In this document: piece by piece, positions 28,785-37,568 of the stretch
Layout of the letters: every line of letters starts with the position of its first letter
Position numbering within the stretch: position 1 is the first letter of the stretch
Assembly: GCA_963728565.1 (NCBI GenBank)
Contig: CAVSLC010000023.1
Span: 1 to 64,000 of the forward strand
Length of the DNA: 64,000 nucleotides
Source: an uncultured delta proteobacterium
Lineage (GTDB): Bacteria > Desulfobacterota > Binatia > UBA9968
Direction: 5' to 3'
Position numbers and translations under genes: made by a program
Notes under the pieces: generated by a model
What the model saw: the letters and a program-made list of their open reading frames with translations, nothing else
What the model was told of the DNA's origin: nothing
Databases searched by the model: none

Positions 28785-29324
28785 TCAGAGTTGATTCAGA
28801 AGTTGCGATCCTTTTTGGTTCGCTAGCGACCAAACGGCTTCTATTGACGTTGCAGGAGCATCCGCTGATACCTGCCGCTCTAAGAGATTCAAGAGCAACT
28901 TCACTCGTCCTCTGGCGTCAGGTGGATGCTGAATGATCCCCAAGAGGCCCGCTAAAGGTCCGTCACAGAGCCGTACGACCTGGCCTATCTCGATATTCAA
29001 GCGAGCCGGGATGATGCCGTCCGAATCTGCTCGGTTCATAAAAAATTCGACCACATCATCCTTGAGCGGCACAAACTCACCGCCGAAGCCGACTAGATAT
29101 TTGATTCCGGGGGACCAGATGACGCGGTGATAGTCTTTATTGAGAGCGATGCGAACAAACATATAATTGGGGAATAATGCGATGAGCCGCGCCGGCTTTG
29201 TGCGAGTACCCGGAAGAAGAAGACGGGGAAAAAAATATTCCACTTGCTTCAAGCGGAAATGAAATTGTGCCCGTTCCTCCATGTGTGGTTTACTGTAAAC
29301 CACGTACCATTGTTTGAAGTTCAT
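28785..29324 (-). CDS. rfaH: RfaH-like NusG paralogue (operon antiterminator)
   Basis: WYVVYSKP..E..A, LFPNYMFV, PGI..LVGFG and KOW GQVVRL.DGPL.G; first gene of the polysaccharide operon. Confidence 0.85.
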   Translation of the reverse strand: MNFKQWYVVYSKPHMEERAQFHFRLKQVEYFFPRLLLPGTRTKPARLIALFPNYMFVRIALNKDYHRVIWSPGIKYLVGFGGEFVPLKDDVVEFFMNRADSDGIIPARLNIEIGQVVRLCDGPLAGLLGIIQHPPDARGRVKLLLNLLERQVSADAPATSIEAVWSLANQKGSQLLNQL

Positions 29325-29540
29325 TTTAGATGTCCGATAGTGCTAAGGCTGTTCGAGCAAGTTGGATACCAAATTTCGGACTTTCGAGCCGGTCGTGTTT
29401 TACAAGCCATAAATGCGGGAGTTTTGTTTCCGGTGAATAATTTACGTGTCGGCTTGCTATCGCGAGGGAGCGGACAAAACAGGTCGACGAGTTGAGGCAT
29501 AAGCCGTGATACCGCGCATGCTACGAGCAGTTACACCCCT

Positions 29541-29552
29541 GATGCTATCGCC
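29541..29552 (-). promoter_or_regulatory. Possible ops-like element
   Basis: Minus strand GGCGATAGCATC matches the E. coli ops GGCGGTAGCGTG at 9/12 and lies directly after a hairpin in the putative operon leader. Confidence 0.3.
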
Positions 29553-29553
29553 C

Positions 29554-29585
29554 GTCAATGTTGGCCGACGTCGGCCAACATTGAC
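29554..29585. repeat. Perfect 32-bp palindrome
   Basis: GTCAATGTTGGCCGAC|GTCGGCCAACATTGAC; the halves are exact reverse complements with no spacer. Confidence 0.97.
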
Positions 29586-29912
29586 CTGCGGATACAGCCC
29601 GGGAATGCTCCTATCCGTGCCGGCAGGCAACGATCAATCGAAAGAGTTTACTTCCGGTGAGCTATTCCCCGGTTAACTACACAGGAGGTTCGTTCCGTCC
29701 TCTTCTGCGAGAGCTCGAAGTGTTGCTTCGATTGATAAGCCCGCATGATCTGGAGAGATGAGCAATGCTGGAGGGTTAACGGGAAGGAGGATTGGTTTGG
29801 AAGAGAGCGTGTTTGTCGGTATCACCGTTGAATCGATTTGATCGCCTCGCTCCAGCTTCACTTCCTAAAATAGTGCATCGTATACCGATATCTTAGCTTC
29901 GCTATTCCCGCA

Positions 29913-32900
29913 TTATCCAAGGATCTGGTCTGGGGTTCGTTTCCCGGCAGCCGCGGCGGCGACGGCGTTTTTAATTTCCTCGAGATCGTAAGGCTTGAAA
30001 ATCACCGCGCTTAGATCGCCGTTGTCCAATGCCGATTCGACTTCAGCGGAAACGTAACCGGAAGCCAGGATTGGCTTTATAGTCGGATCGGCCATCTTCA
30101 TTTGCTTCAGAACATCCCAGCCATTCAATTTAGGCAGTCCCAGATCCAGAATCACGACTGCGATTTCGTCCTTATACCGCTTGAAAGTCTCGACGGCCTC
30201 GACACCATCAAATGCCGTCAAGACGCGATAACCGGCCGATTCGAGATAACCGATCATCAGTTTGACCTGGTTCTTCTCATCGTCGACAAATAGGACCAGC
30301 TGGCCTTCCGTCGAAATATTTCCTGGCGCTTCAGAACGGTTCAGGCTCCTCGATTCGTGCTTCAACGGCGAGGTCCCGACGAGCGGCAGATAGATGCGAA
30401 AAGTGGCGCCTTGATCTGGCTGGCTGATGACCTCGATGAAACCCCGGTGATTGGCGATGATGCCATAAGCGACAGCCAGACCCAGGCCGCTGCCTTGGCC
30501 TTGCGGCTTGGTCGTAAAAAAAGGCTCGAATATTCGGTGCTTCACGGCTTCGTCGATTCCCGATCCGGTATCTTCAAGAGTGACGCAGGCGTAGGATTTC
30601 TCATTCGCTTCGGCGTAGGTCTTGCGAAGTTCGACGCCGTCAACGACGTCGGTTTCGAGACGAAGCTTTCCGCCCTGCGGCATGGCGTCTCGGGCATTGA
30701 GACAAATGTTTAAAAGCACCTGGTGCAGCTGGTTGGGATCGGCCATGACTTGCGGCAGAGTGGCTTTTAGATCTACCTTTATGTCAATAGTTTTGGGGAG
30801 AGTTCCGCTCAGGAGGGTTTTCAAATTCTCCAACAGCTCATTCAGATGGATAGGTTCGAATTGAAGGTTGCTCTCGCGGGCCAGCGCGAGCAGCTGCCGC
30901 ACCGTGGCTGCTCCGCGCTCGACCGTCTCATCGATGACTTGCAAGGCCTCCGCTGACATTTGCTGGTCTTCTACGGATTGCGGCAGCAGGGAAGCATACC
31001 CCTTGATGATGTTCAGAATGTTATTAAAATCGTGGGCGATGCCGCTCGCGAGAGTTCCCATGCTTTCCATCTTCTGCGCTTGCCGCAACTGCTGTTCAAG
31101 TCTTTTTTCTTCCTCACGCTCTGCAAAGAGCGCGGCGTTGGCCATCTGTAGTTCGGCCGTGCGCAGTTGAATTCTTTTCTCGAGGCCTTCGTTGGCTCTT
31201 GCCAGATCGTCTTTGGCGCGCTGCAGGGCTGCATCCGCCTGTTTGCGATCGGTGATGTTCAAAAAGATGCCGATGCAGCCGCGGACATTGCCGTGCTCAT
31301 CGCGCAGAGGAGTCGCGCGACAAAGCTCGTGGATGACCGTGCCGTCTTCTCGCTCGATCTCAAGCTCTTCATCCAATACGTCGGTGCCTTCGCGGGCGGC
31401 TCGCTGCATCGGTAACTCTTCCGCTACGAGTTCAACGCCGTTGCGGAAAATCTTGAACGGCAGTTGGTCTTGCTCTGCGCCGGTCTTCGACAGGTTCTGC
31501 GTGCCGCCGGTACCGACCATTCGCATGAATTCCGGATTGCCCCAAATGTGTTTGGACTCGGCGTCGGTAGCCACTGCGATGCCAATCGGCGCCGTATCGA
31601 TTAGCTTCTGAAACTCCTCGGCGCGCCGCTGAACCGTTTGATAGAGATTAGCGTTGTCGAACGCGACCGACGCTTGTGCCGCGATGGCTGAAACGATGCT
31701 TTCCGCCTCGGCGGTAAAAACCTCCGGCTCGGGATGGCCGAAGAATAATCCGCCTATAACTTCTCCGGAACGCGAGGTGACCGGAACGGAGAGATAACTG
31801 CGCACCGGCAGGTGGCCTTTGGGCATCCCCTGATGCGGCGGGTTCTTTCCGTACCTCGAGTCGGTTAAGACGTCGCCAATGCGTATGACACCTTCGCCGC
31901 GAAAGGTCGGTCCAAACAGTTCAGTATTTCGCGGCATGGGAAACTTCTCGAATGCCTCATCCGGCGCGCCCGAAAGCGCGTAGAGCAGGAGCGATTCGCC
32001 TGTTTCGCCTTTGACATTGTAAAAAAATGCGCCGAATTGCGCTCCGGAAATTTCGCGGCCGGCATCGATAACGATTCGGACGATCTTTTTCAGATCCAGC
32101 TCCGCTGCCAGCGTGTTGCCGACACGGTTGATAATTTCCAGCGAGCGAGTCCGCTGCCGCAGCATTTCTTCCCGATGCCTGCTTTCGGTGATATCCATGC
32201 ACACGCCCGCCAACTTCTCCGGGTGCCCGTCGGTGCCGTACGATAGACTGGCAAAGGCCTCGACCCAGCGAATCTGACCGTCCGGGTGTACGATGCGGTA
32301 GGCGACGTCGTAGTCGCTGCGAGTTTCCAATGTCGTCTGAAGTTGGCCCAGAACAGAGGCAAGGTCTTCGGGGTGAATGGTTTTCTTGAAATCCTCAAAG
32401 GTTCCGCCGAAGCCGCCCCGCTTCAGGCCGTGAATCACCTCTAAACTCGACGACCACGTGACCTTGCTCGCGCTTATGTTCCATTCCCAGGCGCCCATCT
32501 GTCCGGCAGACAACGCCAGCTGAAGTCGGGCTTCACTTTCGCGCAGCGCGGCTTCGGCGCGCTGGCGCTCGACGAATTGACCTAATTGTGTGCCCAGATT
32601 GGCGACCATCTCCTGAAACTCGTCGTCCCGTTCTCTAGTTTCGCGGCTGAAAAACTCCAGCACGCCAAGAACCTCGTTATCGAGTTTGATCGGAAAACCG
32701 ACAGCTCCATGAAAGCCTACACTGACCGCTACCGGCGCTCGTGGAAAATTAAGGTCTTTCAATACATCGGTAATCCAAGCCGGTGTCGCACTTTTCCATA
32801 CGCGTCCCGGCAAACCGATGCCGGGAGCGAACTTGATCTCACGGGTGACCGCTGCAAATCCCGATAAATCAATCGAAGGGAGGCACCACATATCGACGCA

Positions 32901-33941
32901 AGTGAGTACGTTCGAATTTCGACCGACGAGCCATAATGCGCCAAAATCCCAGGCGGCGGTTTCACAGATGGCTTTGATGATCTGCGGCGCCGCGTCGGTC
33001 ATCGTCGCAGCTTCGGACAGTATGCGGCTCACCGCGTCTTTTATTCTCAGACGCTGTTCCAACCGCTGCTGTTGCGAGACCACCGAGGCGACAATGAGAG
33101 CTGTCATGCTGATCGTGGCGATAAACAGCTGTAGCAGAAATAGTGATTCGTGCGGCTCCGATTCCGCGAACGGGCCGAGATCCCGCAGCGTGCCCCAGAG
33201 CGCAATCCCGGATGTCACGAACGCCGCAGTGACCGCGCCCCTTCGGCCAAAGCGCAAGGCGGCCCAAAGTAGCGGGACGAGAGCAAAATATTCCAAGCCA
33301 GCGGGAACCGGATTTAAAAACAGCAGCGCCGACATCGAAATCACCGCCGTCAATAACCCTGCAGCCTCGAAGATATGCCCGGATCGGACAGGCAATACGG
33401 GTTGGGTCAGCCACATCAACAGCAGAGGAGTGATGATCAGATTTCCCACGGCATCGCCGAGCCACCATGTCAGCCAGACGGCCGAGAACTCGGGCCGCGC
33501 GATGAAGCCACCGAGATATAAAGTGATCGCGCCCATCGTCGCGCCGGCAGCAGTGCTGATGATGCCGGCGAGAAATATAAAGGTGAGAATATTTCTAGTG
33601 CGATTAAAGACATGGGCGCCCTGGGCAAAGCGAGCTACCAACGTCGCTGCCAGAAGCGCTTCGGCGGTATTGCCTAGGGCGATGCCGAGCGCCGTCCAGA
33701 TCGATCCTTGTGTGACGAAGTTTACAAGAAAAGCTCCCAGAAGAATGCCCGGCCAAAGTCTAAGCCCCCAGACGAGAATCGCTGCTAGCGCGATACCGCT
33801 GGATGGCCAGACCGCAGAAGCATTGGGATTAGTAAAAGCCAGGGATAAGCCGAAGATTCCGGCGCAAAAATAGACGATAGCGAGCGCGAGGATCGCAGCT
33901 ATCGCGCGTAACCTGCAGTTGAGATCGTTCTTAGGCATCAA
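29913..33941 (-). CDS. Hybrid sensor histidine kinase (MASE1-GAF-PAS-GAF-PAS-HisKA-HATPase-REC)
   Basis: MASE1 (VWPSSG, WWLGDAVG), GAF (GLPGRVW; PVRSYL.VPV), PAS (IHPED), H-box GIAHDFNN, NARDAM, DTGSGI, FEPFFTTK, GSGLGL and receiver VDDE/LDLGLP/KP. Confidence 0.93.
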   Translation of the reverse strand: MMPKNDLNCRLRAIAAILALAIVYFCAGIFGLSLAFTNPNASAVWPSSGIALAAILVWGLRLWPGILLGAFLVNFVTQGSIWTALGIALGNTAEALLAATLVARFAQGAHVFNRTRNILTFIFLAGIISTAAGATMGAITLYLGGFIARPEFSAVWLTWWLGDAVGNLIITPLLLMWLTQPVLPVRSGHIFEAAGLLTAVISMSALLFLNPVPAGLEYFALVPLLWAALRFGRRGAVTAAFVTSGIALWGTLRDLGPFAESEPHESLFLLQLFIATISMTALIVASVVSQQQRLEQRLRIKDAVSRILSEAATMTDAAPQIIKAICETAAWDFGALWLVGRNSNVLTCVDMWCLPSIDLSGFAAVTREIKFAPGIGLPGRVWKSATPAWITDVLKDLNFPRAPVAVSVGFHGAVGFPIKLDNEVLGVLEFFSRETRERDDEFQEMVANLGTQLGQFVERQRAEAALRESEARLQLALSAGQMGAWEWNISASKVTWSSSLEVIHGLKRGGFGGTFEDFKKTIHPEDLASVLGQLQTTLETRSDYDVAYRIVHPDGQIRWVEAFASLSYGTDGHPEKLAGVCMDITESRHREEMLRQRTRSLEIINRVGNTLAAELDLKKIVRIVIDAGREISGAQFGAFFYNVKGETGESLLLYALSGAPDEAFEKFPMPRNTELFGPTFRGEGVIRIGDVLTDSRYGKNPPHQGMPKGHLPVRSYLSVPVTSRSGEVIGGLFFGHPEPEVFTAEAESIVSAIAAQASVAFDNANLYQTVQRRAEEFQKLIDTAPIGIAVATDAESKHIWGNPEFMRMVGTGGTQNLSKTGAEQDQLPFKIFRNGVELVAEELPMQRAAREGTDVLDEELEIEREDGTVIHELCRATPLRDEHGNVRGCIGIFLNITDRKQADAALQRAKDDLARANEGLEKRIQLRTAELQMANAALFAEREEEKRLEQQLRQAQKMESMGTLASGIAHDFNNILNIIKGYASLLPQSVEDQQMSAEALQVIDETVERGAATVRQLLALARESNLQFEPIHLNELLENLKTLLSGTLPKTIDIKVDLKATLPQVMADPNQLHQVLLNICLNARDAMPQGGKLRLETDVVDGVELRKTYAEANEKSYACVTLEDTGSGIDEAVKHRIFEPFFTTKPQGQGSGLGLAVAYGIIANHRGFIEVISQPDQGATFRIYLPLVGTSPLKHESRSLNRSEAPGNISTEGQLVLFVDDEKNQVKLMIGYLESAGYRVLTAFDGVEAVETFKRYKDEIAVVILDLGLPKLNGWDVLKQMKMADPTIKPILASGYVSAEVESALDNGDLSAVIFKPYDLEEIKNAVAAAAAGKRTPDQILG

Positions 33942-34292
33942 CGGATCTAATAGCTTCGGACCTGAGCCTGTGGGCGAACCTGCGCTTGCCTATGATAGCG
34001 GATCAGATAGCTTTAATGAACACCTCTTGTTGCAAATATTGTTAAGGCACCGGCCGGTGAATCATCATCGGCGCAAAGTCTGCCGGGAAATAAGTCATCG
34101 ATGCGTATCGGGCAGCGTTGATACATCTGATGGCTCAAGTTACATCTGCCGAACAGCAACGGATCAGATCGTTCGCCGGATTACGCGTGCTCTCGCGCCG
34201 CTGAGAGCGGGTTGATTTCCTAAGATGATTTGGATGCGGCTTGGGTCAATTATCCAGGTCGCCGCAATGGAATTGTGCTGCGCGGCGATAGT

Positions 34293-35219
34293 TTACGATG
34301 AGCGCAGCTGTAGGTGCATCAGTTCCAGCGCGGCACGGCCGGCCAGTCCATAAGGATTGCCGAACGTCTCTTGCATCTCGAAATGATTGAAGCCCTCGCC
34401 GACGATCAACTGCACAGGCTTGCCTGCAGCTTTCACCGCCGCGGCAAACTCGCGCCCCTGACGCTGGAACTCCGGTGTCTCCTGGGAGCCGTAGCCAACC
34501 GTGATCGGACAGTTTAGATATTCGAGATGTCGTTGAGAGCTGAGCGCCTCTTCGGTGAGGTCGTCGAATTTCACATATTTGCTACGTGCTGACAGCCGCA
34601 CCGGTTTTAAATCATACATGCCGCTGACACATAATCCCCCCTTGATAATGTCCGCCGGTAGATCGAAGTCCCGGCGCCAATCTGTCACCAGGATCACGCC
34701 GGTGAGATGCGCGCCCGAGGAGTGGCCAGCTACATAAAGACGGTTGCGATCGCCGCCGAAGGTTTCGGCGTTCCTGTAAACCCATGCCACAGCGCGTCGC
34801 ACCTGATCCGCCATCACCATAAGATTGCCGCCGACTTCGTGTACCGCGGCAAAGTCAAGCACGACGTAATGGGCTCCGGCGTTGATGAACACCTCGGCGG
34901 GGAAAGCAAAATCTTTTGCCGATCCGTTGCGCCAAGCGCCGCCGTGGGTAAAGACCATAATTGGCGCGTTAGGGCGCGACGTCCTGTAGACGTCGAGTTT
35001 TTCGATTTCACTCGGACCGTAGGAGAGACGTAGGGCCGGCGCAAGACGCTTGATTGCAGCTTCGCTTGCCAATCGGCGCCGCTTGGCGACTTGCTCCTGA
35101 TTAGGCGCATAGACGGATTGGTTGTACGCGTCATCGAGTTCTTTCTGGTCCATGTCGAGCCAGACCAGCGGGCCTTTGGTTTTTTGATTTGTTTGAGAGG
35201 CGGCAGAATCAACAGACAT
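34293..35219 (-). CDS. Alpha/beta hydrolase, arylformamidase/HSL-like
   Basis: HGGAW, GHSSG, SGMYDL and NHF. GGAGG precedes ATG 35219, so the longer 5' ORF extension is rejected. Confidence 0.88.
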   Translation of the reverse strand: MSVDSAASQTNQKTKGPLVWLDMDQKELDDAYNQSVYAPNQEQVAKRRRLASEAAIKRLAPALRLSYGPSEIEKLDVYRTSRPNAPIMVFTHGGAWRNGSAKDFAFPAEVFINAGAHYVVLDFAAVHEVGGNLMVMADQVRRAVAWVYRNAETFGGDRNRLYVAGHSSGAHLTGVILVTDWRRDFDLPADIIKGGLCVSGMYDLKPVRLSARSKYVKFDDLTEEALSSQRHLEYLNCPITVGYGSQETPEFQRQGREFAAAVKAAGKPVQLIVGEGFNHFEMQETFGNPYGLAGRAALELMHLQLRSS

Positions 35220-35275
35220 GCTCAATCCTCCAATCGAAAGCTGGTGCTGTCGACCATAGGACAAATCTATCCGCT

Positions 35276-35311
35276 GTTCAAATAGTTCAAGCAGTTCAAA
35301 ACGTTCAAGCA
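35276..35311 (+). repeat. 9-bp-period tandem array (GTTCAAnnn)x4
   Basis: GTTCAA ata GTTCAA gca GTTCAA aac GTTCAA gca. Confidence 0.9.
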
Positions 35312-35478
35312 GTCGGACGGGCGATTGCAAGCGTGCGGCAGCCAAACGCGGATTCCCATACCGTCCTGTAATCACTCGCGGAAGCGCATCGGACATGCTG
35401 TCACGTTTACTGCGTGAACTTGCTTGAACAATTGCGCCGGCGCGCGGGCACAGCGGTTGACCCGTTGAACAAGCGCGT

Positions 35479-35835
35479 TCAGATGAATCGTTGCGCGCCG
35501 TCCTGCGGTCTTCGCCAGATTTTTCCGATGGCGAGACCGCCGAGAAAAACGGCGCCAATCATCGCTGCGTCCAACCCCGAGAAGTCCCCTGTGAGACTTG
35601 CTCCTTTGGGTGTCAGCGGACAAACCACTTGAGCCAGTTCAGCCGGCGCGATCTGGGTCATTCGCGGAATGTCTTTGATGCCGTAGATGCACATCTCGCC
35701 TGTGGGTAGAGAACAGAATCGTTCTACAGGGCACTGTTTGAGAATTTTTTGCGGCGCCCCTTTGCCGCAAGTGGCCCCAGCTTCTCGCAACACCTGCAAG
35801 GTCACGTCAGGATACTTGGTGATTTGCTCCGGCAT
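35479..35835 (-). CDS. Small Cys-rich hypothetical protein with C-terminal membrane anchor
   Basis: GGAGG RBS, five Cys, and C-terminal AAMIGAVFLGGLAIG followed by KIWRR. Confidence 0.7.
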   Translation of the reverse strand: MPEQITKYPDVTLQVLREAGATCGKGAPQKILKQCPVERFCSLPTGEMCIYGIKDIPRMTQIAPAELAQVVCPLTPKGASLTGDFSGLDAAMIGAVFLGGLAIGKIWRRPQDGAQRFI

Positions 35836-35857
35836 AAGAACCTCCGGGTTAAAAAAG

Positions 35858-35906
35858 GTTTCAGTCGCTCCAGTCGTTCAACACGCTCCAGTCGTTCAAG
35901 AAGTTC
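35858..35906 (+). repeat. Degenerate 9-bp-period GTTCAA-type array
   Basis: gtttcagtc gctccagtc gttcaacac gctccagtc gttcaagaa gttc. Confidence 0.8.
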
Positions 35907-36158
35907 GCGCCGCTGAAATAGCTCAAATCCTTGAAGCGCACCATCCATGATCACAAGCCTGCCCTGATCATATCACTCAGAATTGGATGTTGAGCAACGG
36001 CGGATCGAAAGTTTGTAGGTTGAAGATTGTTCACCGGGGTGTGGATTGTTGTTGAACAGAAAAAACACTGCGGCCGTCGTAGTTGAAGGACAAGAAAACC
36101 TTCTCAAGCTGAGGATCGGCGCTTCGCGGACTAAGCGACACCGTACCGTCCCATCGTT

Positions 36159-36200
36159 TCTGACGGTTTGAACGTTTTGAACGGCTTCAACGGTTTGAAC
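36159..36200 (-). repeat. 9-bp-period GTTCAA array in the opposite orientation
   Basis: Plus strand tctgac ggt ttgaac gtt ttgaac ggc ttcaac ggt ttgaac. Confidence 0.85.
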
Positions 36201-36216
36201 GGAGTCGCGCTTGCTC

Positions 36217-37563
36217 TTACGCGCCGAGCGCTTTTCTGAGTTGCAGAAACGATGCGATTTGATCTTGATAGATCGCGATCTGATTGTCCTGCGCTTGGTA
36301 GAGGCTGCGCTGAGTTTCCAGCAGGTTCAGATAGTCGATGGCGCCGGCATCGAAGCGCGCCTTAGCGATGTCGTAGGCCGCTTGTGACTCCTTCACGGAT
36401 TCGCGTGAAATCACGGCTTGCTCGTTAGCGTTCTTGTAGGCGGCGAGGGCGTCTTCGACTTCTTGAAATGCCACCAGCACGGTTTTCTGATATTGAGCCG
36501 CCAATTCTTTTTGCCGCGCGGTGACGTCTTCGAGATTCCCCGTAATACGGCCACCCGTGAAGATCGGCGCAAGCGCGCTGCTGGCCAGCGATACTGCCGC
36601 GGCCGCAGGCCCGCCGAATCCCGCCGCCATGCTGGCATCCAAACCAAAGTTCAAAGAGGGAAAGAAAGCCGCGCGAGCCGCGCCGATGTCGGCATTAGCC
36701 GCGCGCAGAGTTGCTTCGGCTCTCTCGATGTCGGGCCGCGCAGTAAGGAGCATTGCCGGCGGCGTCAGGTTTACGTCGGGGACTTTGAGCGAAGCGAGCG
36801 TATCCCGAGGTGCTTGGAGATTTTGCGGCGCCTGGCCCAGCAGTATGGCCAAAGCGTTAAGGCTCGTGCTGCGCTGTTGATTCAGCGAAGCCAGCGAAGC
36901 GCGGAAACTGTTCACGGCGACGCGCTGCTGTGAGACCTCCAAGCCGGAGACGCTGCCGGCCTTATAGCGGGCTTCGATAATCCGCAGCACTTCTTCGGCA
37001 TTTTTCAAATTGCTTTCAGCGATGCGGATGCGCTCGTTTAAGCTAAGCACTTGGCTGTAAAAGTCGGCCGTGTCCGAGGTGACCACAAGCTCGAGTGCGT
37101 CCCGGTCGAATGCCGTTGCCTCAGCCCGATAATTTGCGGCTGTTCTGTTGCTGCGATTTCTGCCCCACAGGTCGGCTTCATAGCTGATACTGCCGATTCC
37201 GCGTGCCGTGCTGACGTTTCTCGGGTCTTGAAAGCTGCGCGATGCGCCCCCGCTGGCTTCGATCTGAGGAAAGAGCGAGGAGCCGGCAATTTTGCTTTGC
37301 GCGCGCGCCTGATCGATACGATGCAGCGCGGCCTCGAGATCCAGATTCTGGGCCAGCGCCATTTTCATGATGTTGTTCAGTTCTTCGCTACCAAGCTCCT
37401 GCCAAAAAGCCACTGTCGCCGGCTGATCGGTGACGCCGACGCGGCCAACGTTGGTCCAGCTCGCCGGCATGGCGATCTGCGGACGTTGGTATTGCGGCGC
37501 CAAACTGCACGCCGAGAGAGCGAATGAAACCGCGAGTGCGCTTTTAAATCTAAGATTTTTCAT
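36217..37563 (-). CDS. TolC/OprM-family outer-membrane efflux lipoprotein
   Basis: MKNLRFKSALAVSFALSA-C lipobox, SYEADLWG, RPDI..AE, AFFPSL and AFQEVEDAL. Confidence 0.92.
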   Translation of the reverse strand: MKNLRFKSALAVSFALSACSLAPQYQRPQIAMPASWTNVGRVGVTDQPATVAFWQELGSEELNNIMKMALAQNLDLEAALHRIDQARAQSKIAGSSLFPQIEASGGASRSFQDPRNVSTARGIGSISYEADLWGRNRSNRTAANYRAEATAFDRDALELVVTSDTADFYSQVLSLNERIRIAESNLKNAEEVLRIIEARYKAGSVSGLEVSQQRVAVNSFRASLASLNQQRSTSLNALAILLGQAPQNLQAPRDTLASLKVPDVNLTPPAMLLTARPDIERAEATLRAANADIGAARAAFFPSLNFGLDASMAAGFGGPAAAAVSLASSALAPIFTGGRITGNLEDVTARQKELAAQYQKTVLVAFQEVEDALAAYKNANEQAVISRESVKESQAAYDIAKARFDAGAIDYLNLLETQRSLYQAQDNQIAIYQDQIASFLQLRKALGA

Positions 37564-37568
37564 TTTAT

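Noticed and set aside
29673-29861. 62-aa ORF between the kinase and the operon leader
   Set aside because: No recognisable motif; may be real but is unsupported.
32818-33873. 351-aa plus-strand ORF
   Set aside because: Antisense to the MASE1 region of the kinase; Ala/Ser/Pro-rich and without family features.
35220-35558. 112-codon N-terminal extension of the hydrolase, including LERFELLELFEQ
   Set aside because: It is the translation of the GTTCAA array and overlaps the upstream gene; a strong SD marks ATG 35219.
35276-36200. Possible CRISPR array
   Set aside because: 6-bp units with 3-bp spacers are far too short, and no cas genes are present.
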